From contig CAYRYA010000002.1 of the NCBI GenBank assembly GCA_964428435.1, positions 43,687-99,984 of the forward strand: a stretch of DNA of 56,298 bases, given 5' to 3'. This DNA is from an uncultured Candidatus Saccharibacteria bacterium (GTDB lineage Bacteria; Patescibacteriota; Minisyncoccia; Phycocordibacterales; DATDWN01). Positions 43,156 to 51,307 of this stretch are shown here, one piece after another. Made by a program: the position numbers and the translations under genes. Position 1 is the stretch's first letter; each line of letters begins with the position of its first letter. The notes under the pieces were generated by a model. That model saw nothing but the letters and a program-made list of their open reading frames with translations, searched no databases and was not told the DNA's origin.

Positions 43156-44099
43156 TGGAACAACAGACAGAAAAAAACGATATAAGCATACCGTTATTTG
43201 CTTTTAATATTGTCCTTGTGGGGCTCGTGATTGGTCTTGGTTTTTTGATATACCAAGTGGATGCACGCAAGGAGCGTATTACAGGAGATCAAAAGTCTAC
43301 AACTCAGGTTTCTTTTTCTGTTCCAGCAGTTCAAGCACAGTCGTTTATAGTGTGGGATATTGTAGATCAAAAAGTGATTGCTGAAAAAAACTCAAACGTC
43401 TCACGTCCGCTTGCATCACTTACCAAAGTGATGTCTGCACTCGTGGCACGCACACTGCTTCCTGAGCATAGTACAGTTACGGTAAAAAAAGAATTTCTCA
43501 CCGAAGAGGGTGATACAGGTCTACGGGATGGGGAAGTGTTTGCATTGTCAGACCTCCTTGATTTTTCACTCATTGTTTCTTCCAATGATGGTGCACGGTC
43601 AATCGCGTCTGTTGCGGGTGCATTTAAGCTCGGTACAAAAGATTACACACTCGGAAGAAAGGAATTTATTGATGAAATGAACGTGTATGCAAAACGTCTT
43701 CAACTTTCAACAATGTCTTTTTCGAATGAAACTGGTCTGGATATGAATGAAAAACTGGCAGGTGGATATGGGTCTGCAGAAGAGGTGGCACTTTTATTTG
43801 GATATATTCTCGATCAATATCCAGAACTTCTCGAAGCAACACGGATTCCAAAAGAAACGGTGTATTCAACTCAATATTCACATGAAGCAGTCAATACAAA
43901 CGATAGGTTAAGCGATATTCCCAATGTTATTGCATCAAAAACCGGTTTTACAAATCTCGCAGGTGGAAATCTTGCTGTGGTATTTGATGCAGGATTTGGT
44001 AGACCGATTGCGATTGTGGTACTCGGATCAACAGCAGAAGGGAGGTTTGGTGATGTAGTAGCTCTTGCATCTTCAACACTGCAGTATCTGAAGCAGTAA
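43155..44099 (+). CDS. D-alanyl-D-alanine carboxypeptidase (S11, PBP5-like)
   Basis: N-terminal TM helix, SxxK (SLTKVM), SxN (SSND) and KTG (KTGFT). Confidence 0.85.
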   Translation: MEQQTEKNDISIPLFAFNIVLVGLVIGLGFLIYQVDARKERITGDQKSTTQVSFSVPAVQAQSFIVWDIVDQKVIAEKNSNVSRPLASLTKVMSALVARTLLPEHSTVTVKKEFLTEEGDTGLRDGEVFALSDLLDFSLIVSSNDGARSIASVAGAFKLGTKDYTLGRKEFIDEMNVYAKRLQLSTMSFSNETGLDMNEKLAGGYGSAEEVALLFGYILDQYPELLEATRIPKETVYSTQYSHEAVNTNDRLSDIPNVIASKTGFTNLAGGNLAVVFDAGFGRPIAIVVLGSTAEGRFGDVVALASSTLQYLKQ

Positions 44100-44170
44100 G
44101 AAAATAATTGAATATATAAGGATTATTATTCAATTTTGGATAAAAAACGCTTTTCGGCTATACTTTGATT

Positions 44171-46036
44171 ATGTGTGGAATCGCAGGCGTCATAGGCGCA
44201 CAAACAGCAGAAAAACGAGCTCTGATTAAGAAAATGACAGAGGTGATTCATCATCGTGGTCCAGATCAAGATGGTTTTTTTTCTGATGACCGAGTGGCGC
44301 TTGGTATGCGTCGCCTTTCGATTATTGATATCTCTGCAGGGAAGCAACCTATCGAAAATGTTGATGGTAGCCTCCTCATCTTTTTCAATGGAGAAATTTA
44401 TAACTACAAAGAACTTCGGGCAGAACTGTTGGCAGAAGGACGTATTTTCAAAACACATTCTGATACTGAAGTGATCCTGCAGATGTACGAAGCTCATGGT
44501 CCAAAGTCCGTTTCTCGGCTTCGGGGAATGTTTGCGTTTTCTATATACAATAAAGAAACTGGAAAAATATTTATTGCCCGCGACTTTTTTGGTATTAAGC
44601 CGTTGTACTATTGGAAACAGGGAAATGAAATCAAAGCGTTTGGCTCTGAGATTAAAAGTATTCTCGAACATCCTGAATACAAAAAACAAGTCAATCATGA
44701 AGCCGTTTTTAATTATTTACGGTTTCAGTACAATCCAATAGAAGAAACATTCTTTAAAGATATTTTTGTACTTAAGCCAGGTCATACACTTACTATTGAT
44801 ACAAAAAAATGCACCCATCAGATCGAGCAGTACTGGGACTTTGACTTTGCGCCTGAAACCACAAGAAATTTTGAAGAGACAAAGAAAGAAATTGTCGATA
44901 CGCTTCGGGACTCAGTTGCTCATCACATGATCAGTGATGTGCCCGTCGGTTCATTTCTTTCTGGGGGAGTGGATTCATCCATCATAGCTTCGCTTATGAA
45001 TGAAGTTATAAGTCATGAGTCAATAGTCAATAGTGAAAAGAAAAGAATACTCAAAACATTCACTGTAGGTTTCGATGTTTTAACTGAGGGTAAAGAAGCA
45101 TTGACCACATCAAGTTTTCTCGGTACGGACCACACAGAAATAACCATTGATCCTGAAACGTATTTTGATGTATTACCAAAACTCGTATGGCATTTCGATG
45201 AGCCTGTAGCAGACCCGTCTGCGATAGGGTTGTATTTTGTTGCAAAAGAAGCTCGTAAAAAGGTTACTGTAGTACTTTCTGGAGAAGGAGCAGATGAGTT
45301 GTTTGGAGGATACAATATCTACTTACAACCAATTGATCAAAAGAGATTAGCCTGGGTCCCTCAGTGGTTTTTGAAGATGTTGACTCGTATACCGTTTGAA
45401 TTCTGGGGTAAGAACCATGCAAAACGAGCGCTGCAAAAACTTGAAGATTGGTATATTGGCAATGCTTCTATCTTTACGAGTGAACAAATACACCGATTGT
45501 GGAAAAGTACTCGTCCGCAGGTACACTCACTTGCTCCATTGTATGCGAAAGCAACAGGAAGTGATTCGCAGAAAATGCAATACATAGATATCCACACATG
45601 GCTTGTTGGTGATATTTTGGCAAAAGCGGATAAGATGACGATGGCAAATTCTCTTGAGCTTCGAGTACCTTTTCTCGATATTGAAGTAGCAAAACTGGCG
45701 CGTACTCTCCCTGATACGTTCAAATGGAAAGGTTCAACGACTAAGCATATACTTCGAGAAGCATTTAAAGGAATTATTCCGGAAGAAACACGTCATCGAC
45801 GTAAGCTTGGTTTCCCGACACCGATACGAACCTGGCTTCGTGACCCGATGTGTCCGGTCTACAAAGCAATTAGAGAATCAGAGTACATCAAAGAGCATCT
45901 CGATACATTCTTTATTGAAAACCTTATCTCAGACCATATCGAACATAAGAAGGATAATGCAAGACATATTTACATTCTCTATATGCTTGCTCTCTGGTAT
46001 AATATTTTCATAGCTGGAAATCCCATATCTGACTAA
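44171..46036 (+). CDS. asnB: Asparagine synthase (glutamine-hydrolysing) family amidotransferase
   Basis: N-terminal MCGIAG (Ntn Cys), the SGGVDSS PP-loop and the SGEGADELFGGY block. Confidence 0.9.
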   Translation: MCGIAGVIGAQTAEKRALIKKMTEVIHHRGPDQDGFFSDDRVALGMRRLSIIDISAGKQPIENVDGSLLIFFNGEIYNYKELRAELLAEGRIFKTHSDTEVILQMYEAHGPKSVSRLRGMFAFSIYNKETGKIFIARDFFGIKPLYYWKQGNEIKAFGSEIKSILEHPEYKKQVNHEAVFNYLRFQYNPIEETFFKDIFVLKPGHTLTIDTKKCTHQIEQYWDFDFAPETTRNFEETKKEIVDTLRDSVAHHMISDVPVGSFLSGGVDSSIIASLMNEVISHESIVNSEKKRILKTFTVGFDVLTEGKEALTTSSFLGTDHTEITIDPETYFDVLPKLVWHFDEPVADPSAIGLYFVAKEARKKVTVVLSGEGADELFGGYNIYLQPIDQKRLAWVPQWFLKMLTRIPFEFWGKNHAKRALQKLEDWYIGNASIFTSEQIHRLWKSTRPQVHSLAPLYAKATGSDSQKMQYIDIHTWLVGDILAKADKMTMANSLELRVPFLDIEVAKLARTLPDTFKWKGSTTKHILREAFKGIIPEETRHRRKLGFPTPIRTWLRDPMCPVYKAIRESEYIKEHLDTFFIENLISDHIEHKKDNARHIYILYMLALWYNIFIAGNPISD

Positions 46037-46169
46037 TTTCGTTGTTGGACTGCAAAAAATAATTTCCGCCGTACAGTGAGTATGTCTACAATTATTTTTC
46101 TGGTCCGCCTAGAAATTAGTTCAGCTCTGTGATTCCCTCATCAAGTAATCAAAGAATTTCAAAATAACC

Positions 46170-47234
46170 ATGAACATCGACGTACTTAAAGTTCTTATTC
46201 CGAGTATTCTCTCCTTTGTTATCGGTATCGCGATAACACCATTTTTTACGCATTATTTTTATGCGTATAAGATGTGGAAGAAAAATCCTCGAACAGCATC
46301 TGACAATCCCGAATCTACATCACAAGAATTTAATCGAATTCATAATACAGCAAAAGAAGTCAGTACTCCGCGGGTAGGGGGTGTGATCATATGGTTTTCT
46401 GTGCTCTGTACTGTTGCGGTTATGTTTGTATTGGCGGCACTTTTCCCAAATAGTCTCACGGAAAAATTGAACTTTCTTTCACGTAATCAAACATTAATCC
46501 CACTTGCTACACTCGTTCTCACTGCGCTTATCGGTCTTGTAGATGATATGCTTCAAATATCAGGCAAAGGATCATATGCAAAAGATGGTTTAGCATATAG
46601 AAAAGTAAAAATCATTTCAGTTATACTGATTGGACTCGCTATTAGTTTGTGGTTTTATATTAAACTTCAGGCAACAACGATTCATATACCATTTGGAGGT
46701 GAGTTTGAGCTTGGATTGTTCTTTATACCATTTTTTATTGCAGTTATGCTTGGTACGTTTTCGACAAGTGTGATCGACGGTATGGATGGGCTTGCAGGAG
46801 GCATTATGGCAACGATTTTTACTGCATACAGTGTGATTGCGTACTTCAATAACCAAATCGATCTTGCTGCATTCTGTGCGGTTGTGGGCGGTGCGACACT
46901 TGCCTTTTTGTGGTTCAATATTCCACCTGCTCGATTTTATATGGGAGAAACAGGTATTTTGAGTCTCACAGTCACACTCTCTGTTGTGGCATTTCTCACA
47001 AACTCAGTGTTATTTTTGCCGATTATCGCTGTCCCACTTGTTGCCACAACTCTTTCTGTGATTATTCAAATTTTTGTGTATAAAAATTTTAATAAAAAAC
47101 GTGTGTTTCGAGTTGCTCCACTCCATCACCATTTCGAGGCGCTTGGGTGGTCACGGGAGAAGATAGTGATGCGATATTGGGTGATTGGGGTAGTGTGTGC
47201 AATATTGGGTACGATATTAAGTATGGTGGGTTAA
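46170..47234 (+). CDS. mraY: Phospho-N-acetylmuramoyl-pentapeptide transferase
   Basis: A polytopic membrane protein with GLVDDML, VIDGMDGLAGG and APLHHHFE. Confidence 0.9.
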   Translation: MNIDVLKVLIPSILSFVIGIAITPFFTHYFYAYKMWKKNPRTASDNPESTSQEFNRIHNTAKEVSTPRVGGVIIWFSVLCTVAVMFVLAALFPNSLTEKLNFLSRNQTLIPLATLVLTALIGLVDDMLQISGKGSYAKDGLAYRKVKIISVILIGLAISLWFYIKLQATTIHIPFGGEFELGLFFIPFFIAVMLGTFSTSVIDGMDGLAGGIMATIFTAYSVIAYFNNQIDLAAFCAVVGGATLAFLWFNIPPARFYMGETGILSLTVTLSVVAFLTNSVLFLPIIAVPLVATTLSVIIQIFVYKNFNKKRVFRVAPLHHHFEALGWSREKIVMRYWVIGVVCAILGTILSMVG

Positions 47235-47238
47235 TAAT

Positions 47239-47358
47239 CGACTTTCAGATTTGAGCAAAGTTCGCGAAGGACAAGAAAAATAATTGGAGGCGTATACTTA
47301 TACGGTGAGAATTATTTTTTGAAGTCTGACAAAGAAATTTGCCAAATATGGAAGTCAG
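47239..47358. repeat. Roughly 120-nt imperfect intergenic palindrome (relative of 7481-7580)
   Basis: The outer arms are cgactttcagatttgagcaaa and tttgccaaatatggaagtcag. Inner AT-rich arms (aaaaataatt / aattatttttt) flank the tip cgtata..tatacg. Confidence 0.55.
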
Positions 47359-47382
47359 AATAGTACATGTCACAAAATTTAA

Positions 47383-48492
47383 ATGTTTAAAACTGGAATA
47401 AAAGTTGATATACCCTTTCTTGTTTCTCTGATCATCTTAGTGGTGGCTGGTTTTCTTATATTTAGTTCAGCGTCATTGGGTTTGCTGTCAAAGAATAGTA
47501 TTAAATATGCAAATGTTGCATTCAACCAAACTTTTTTTGGTCTATTTCTCGGATCTTTGGCATGTTTAGTGACATCAAAAATCCCGTTTCATTTTTACAA
47601 AAAGAATGCATTTTTTATTTTCATTGTAGGTGTTGCACTTACATTGCTTGTATTTGTACCAGGTCTGAGTCTCAGTCATGGAGGTGCAAAACGATGGGTT
47701 ACATTTAAAGTTATTTCATTTCAACCTGCTGAATTTTTGAAAATTGCATATGTGATTTATTTTGCTGCATGGGTAGCGCGTGCAAAAGAAAACATAAAAA
47801 CAATTACACATGGACTCTTACCGTTTGTGGTAGTTACAGGAATTGTCGGAACGGTACTGCTTGCACAACCTGACACAGATACGCTGATTGTTGCTGTATC
47901 GGCGGGACTCGCAGTATTTCTCGCTGGAGGTGGGCGATGGAGACATGTACTTCTGTTAGGTATTATTGGTGTAATTGGTTTGGGTGTGGTGGCATATACA
48001 CGTCCATACGTCAAAGCACGTATTACTACGTTTATGAGTCCGCAAGATAATGCTCAAGGAAGTGGATATCAGATACAACAATCGCTTATTGCGGTTGGTT
48101 CTGGAGGGTTGTATGGGAGAGGGTTCGGTCAAAGTATTCAGAAATTTAATTTTTTACCTGAACCGATTGGAGATTCGATTTTTGCGGTTTCCGCAGAAGA
48201 ATTTGGTTTTATTGGGAGTACACTGCTGGTGTTACTGTTTGTGTTTTTTGCATTACGTGGACTCAAGATTGCTGTTTCCGTCCCAGATCCGTTCGGTAGA
48301 CTTTTGATTGTAGGAATTGTTATACTCATCATATCTCAAGCATTTGTAAATATAGGGGCAATGGTTGGTATTTTACCACTCTCGGGTATTACGTTACCGT
48401 TCGTAAGTCACGGAGGAACTGCATTATTTATTACACTTGCTCAAGCGGGAATTATTTTAAATATTTCTAAAACAGCACATAAACGCAAGTAA
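47383..48492 (+). CDS. ftsW: SEDS-family peptidoglycan polymerase FtsW/RodA
   Basis: 369 aa, about 10 TM helices. It has QPAEFLKI, PDTDT and LPLSGITLPFVSHGGT. Confidence 0.9.
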   Translation: MFKTGIKVDIPFLVSLIILVVAGFLIFSSASLGLLSKNSIKYANVAFNQTFFGLFLGSLACLVTSKIPFHFYKKNAFFIFIVGVALTLLVFVPGLSLSHGGAKRWVTFKVISFQPAEFLKIAYVIYFAAWVARAKENIKTITHGLLPFVVVTGIVGTVLLAQPDTDTLIVAVSAGLAVFLAGGGRWRHVLLLGIIGVIGLGVVAYTRPYVKARITTFMSPQDNAQGSGYQIQQSLIAVGSGGLYGRGFGQSIQKFNFLPEPIGDSIFAVSAEEFGFIGSTLLVLLFVFFALRGLKIAVSVPDPFGRLLIVGIVILIISQAFVNIGAMVGILPLSGITLPFVSHGGTALFITLAQAGIILNISKTAHKRK

Positions 48493-48500
48493 TTTATCAT

Positions 48501-49631
48501 ATGAAAATTTTATTTACCGGTGGAGGTTCAGGTGGTCATTTTTATCCAATCATTGCGATTGTTGAAGAAATAAACCAACTGGCAAAAGAAAATAAACTTA
48601 TTGGTCTTGAGCTTTTTTATATGTCACACTCTCCGTACAACGAAGGGTTGTTGTTTGAACATGGTGTAACATTTAAGAAAAATACCGCAGGTAAACTACG
48701 GGTGTATTTTTCACTGATGAATATTGTTGATATGTTTAAGACAGCGTGGGGAGTGATTGTGTCACTATGGGCAATCTTTACTATCTACCCTGATGTTATT
48801 TTTGGTAAAGGTGGATACGCAAGTTTTCCGGCGCTTCTTGCAGGTAAACTGCTGAAGATTCCTGTAGTGATCCATGAATCAGACAGTGTTCCTGGTAGAG
48901 TAAATGCATGGGCGGGGAAGTTTGCTGCACGTATAGCGATTTCGTATCCGGAATCAGCAACATATTTCCCACAAGGAAAGACTGCCTATACAGGCAATCC
49001 TATTCGCAAAGATATTATGCATGCGCTCTCATCGGGTGCACATGAATATCTCGGACTTGATCCACATATTCCTACGATTCTCGTTATCGGTGGGTCTCAA
49101 GGTGCACAGCTTATCAATGATACTGTAGTGGATGCATTGCCACGGTTGGTTCAGAAATATCAGATTATTCACCAGACAGGAAAAAATAATTTTAATATGG
49201 TCAAAAACACAGCGGATGTGGTGTTGCTCACCAATGAATTTAAAAAACGATATCAGCCGTTTGATTATCTCAACAATCTTGCATTACGAATGTCTGCTGG
49301 AGCAGCGAGTTTGGTTATATCTCGAGCAGGGTCGTCGTTGTTCGAGATCGCTTCCTGGGAAAAACCTGCTATTGTTATTCCAATTACCAAATCAAACGGA
49401 AACCATCAGCGGATGAATGCATACGCATATGCACGCACAGGAGCTGCTGTTGTCCTTGAAGAAGCTAATCTTTCTGGTAATATCTTGAGTGCAGAGGTTG
49501 ATCGGCTACTTGATAACCCTTCAGTACTCGCGCAGATGTCTGAAGCAACCAAAACTTCACAGCATCCAGATGCGGCACGAAAGATTGCAACAGAAATTTT
49601 AAATATTGCACTCGATCACCAGAAGTCATAG
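48501..49631 (+). CDS. murG: UDP-GlcNAc--undecaprenyl-PP-MurNAc-pentapeptide GlcNAc transferase
   Basis: GGGSGGHFYP, HESDSVPG and RAGSSLFE. Confidence 0.9.
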   Translation: MKILFTGGGSGGHFYPIIAIVEEINQLAKENKLIGLELFYMSHSPYNEGLLFEHGVTFKKNTAGKLRVYFSLMNIVDMFKTAWGVIVSLWAIFTIYPDVIFGKGGYASFPALLAGKLLKIPVVIHESDSVPGRVNAWAGKFAARIAISYPESATYFPQGKTAYTGNPIRKDIMHALSSGAHEYLGLDPHIPTILVIGGSQGAQLINDTVVDALPRLVQKYQIIHQTGKNNFNMVKNTADVVLLTNEFKKRYQPFDYLNNLALRMSAGAASLVISRAGSSLFEIASWEKPAIVIPITKSNGNHQRMNAYAYARTGAAVVLEEANLSGNILSAEVDRLLDNPSVLAQMSEATKTSQHPDAARKIATEILNIALDHQKS

Positions 49632-49697
49632 TCCATCAAGTTCGTAAAGTCCGTAAAGTCGAAAGTAAATGCATTTGAAGCGGACTTGATGGACTTT
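49630..49697. repeat. GGACTTGATGGACTTT palindromic repeat (copy 1)
   Basis: agtccatcaagttcg (49630-49644) is inverted relative to cggacttgatggact (49681-49695). The 17-mer cggacttgatggacttt is identical at 53521-53537. Confidence 0.75.
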
Positions 49698-49739
49698 ATA
49701 GACTTTAAGGACTTTTGACTCAACAATCACTTAATTATC

Positions 49740-51206
49740 ATGAATAACAAAAATCAACCTATTGTTACTCGTTTCGCACCGTCACCAACGGGTTTTATGC
49801 ATGTAGGTAGTGTGCGTACTGCGCTCTATGCGTGGCTCTGGGCTCGAAAAAACAACGGAACATTTATTCTTCGTATTGAAGACACCGACAAAGAAAGAGA
49901 AGTTGAAGGTTCTGTAGTACATATCCAAGAGTCATTGAAATGGCTCGGGCTTGAGTGGGATTTTGGTCCAGGTGTTCCGGGTCCTGCAGGTTCGTATATT
50001 CAGTCTGAGCGTCTTGATATATATCGCAAGTATGCACAGATATTGATTGACAAAGGTTTTGCGTATGCAGATCCGTACTCTGAAGAAGAGCTCGAGGTAT
50101 TACGTCAAAAAGCTGAAGAGGAAAAACGTCCTTTTTTGTATCGTGAACATCGAAAAGAAACTACCGAAAGCTGGGATGGAAGTAAACCGCTTCGGTTCAA
50201 GGTGCCTGTGCTCAAACGATATGAGTGGAATGATGCAGTGTGGGGCAGTCTCTCAGCAGGAGAAGAAGCTCTGGATGATTTTATTTTGATAAAGTCAGAT
50301 GGATATCCGACCTACAACTTTGCGCATATTGTTGATGACATTGAAATGAAGGTGACACACGTAATGCGTGGACAAGAGTTTATTTCTTCGACTCCAAAGT
50401 TTCTTTCCTTGTATGAAGCACTGGGAATAGAGGCTCCTGTTTTTGCAACACTTCCGCCGATCATGGCTCCTGATGGAAAGAAAAAGCTTTCTAAACGAGA
50501 TGGTGCAAAAGATTTACTTGAATACAAAAAAGAAGGGTATATTGCCGATGCATTTATAAACTTCCTTGCGCTTTTGGGATGGAATCCTGGCACTGATCAA
50601 GAGATATTTTCACGTGATGAATTAATTAAAGCATTTGATATTACTAAAATTCAGCATTCAGGTGCAGGACTCAATGAGGAAAAACTCAATTGGATAAATC
50701 GAGAACATATTAAGAAATTGAGTGTTGAAGAGCAATTTGAAACGCTTACTCGTTTTGTACCGGAAAACATCACCTCACTTCCGCACTATACAGAAGGAAT
50801 GCTTAAAAAAGTTGCGCATTTGATTATTGAGCGTATCGAAAAATGGAGTGATGTGGAGAAACTTTTTGCAGAAGGTGACTTTGCGTATTTCTTTAGACAA
50901 CCAACATATCAAAAAGAAATGTTGTATTGGAAAGATGAAAAAGATGCAGAAGTAACAAAAAAGCGACTACAAAAAGTGCTCGAGCTTATTTCTGATGCAG
51001 GTGATGAGCATTTCAAGGATGCAGAAACGACAAAAGCCTTGATTTGGGACTATGCAAATACAGAAGGACGGGGACAGGTCCTCTGGCCGACACGTGTAGC
51101 ACTTTCAGGACGTGAAAAATCTCCCGATCCGTTTAATCTCCTGTCTCTTCTCGGAAAGGAAGAGTCTATTTCGCGCATTAGAAAGGTTATTGAACTCCTA
51201 AAGTAA
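49740..51206 (+). CDS. gltX: Glutamate--tRNA ligase
   Basis: RFAPSPTGFMHVGSVRTALY (HIGH) and KLSKRDG (KMSKS). Confidence 0.95.
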   Translation: MNNKNQPIVTRFAPSPTGFMHVGSVRTALYAWLWARKNNGTFILRIEDTDKEREVEGSVVHIQESLKWLGLEWDFGPGVPGPAGSYIQSERLDIYRKYAQILIDKGFAYADPYSEEELEVLRQKAEEEKRPFLYREHRKETTESWDGSKPLRFKVPVLKRYEWNDAVWGSLSAGEEALDDFILIKSDGYPTYNFAHIVDDIEMKVTHVMRGQEFISSTPKFLSLYEALGIEAPVFATLPPIMAPDGKKKLSKRDGAKDLLEYKKEGYIADAFINFLALLGWNPGTDQEIFSRDELIKAFDITKIQHSGAGLNEEKLNWINREHIKKLSVEEQFETLTRFVPENITSLPHYTEGMLKKVAHLIIERIEKWSDVEKLFAEGDFAYFFRQPTYQKEMLYWKDEKDAEVTKKRLQKVLELISDAGDEHFKDAETTKALIWDYANTEGRGQVLWPTRVALSGREKSPDPFNLLSLLGKEESISRIRKVIELLK

Positions 51207-51232
51207 TACAATATTTTTATAATCATTCAATA

Positions 51233-51260
51233 TTGACATTCTGTCTATTATATGTAATAT
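51233..51260 (+). promoter_or_regulatory. Sigma70-like promoter upstream of the SPFH gene
   Basis: TTGACA (51233-51238), 16 nt, TAATAT (51255-51260). Confidence 0.5.
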
Positions 51261-51307
51261 AGTGGGAAGTAGTTCGTTGTAAAATAAGACCTAAGAAAAG
51301 GTAAAAG

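Noticed and set aside
44126-44698. 190-aa minus-strand ORF.
   Set aside because: It is antisense to the highly conserved N-terminal glutaminase domain of asnB, and it has no motif and no RBS.
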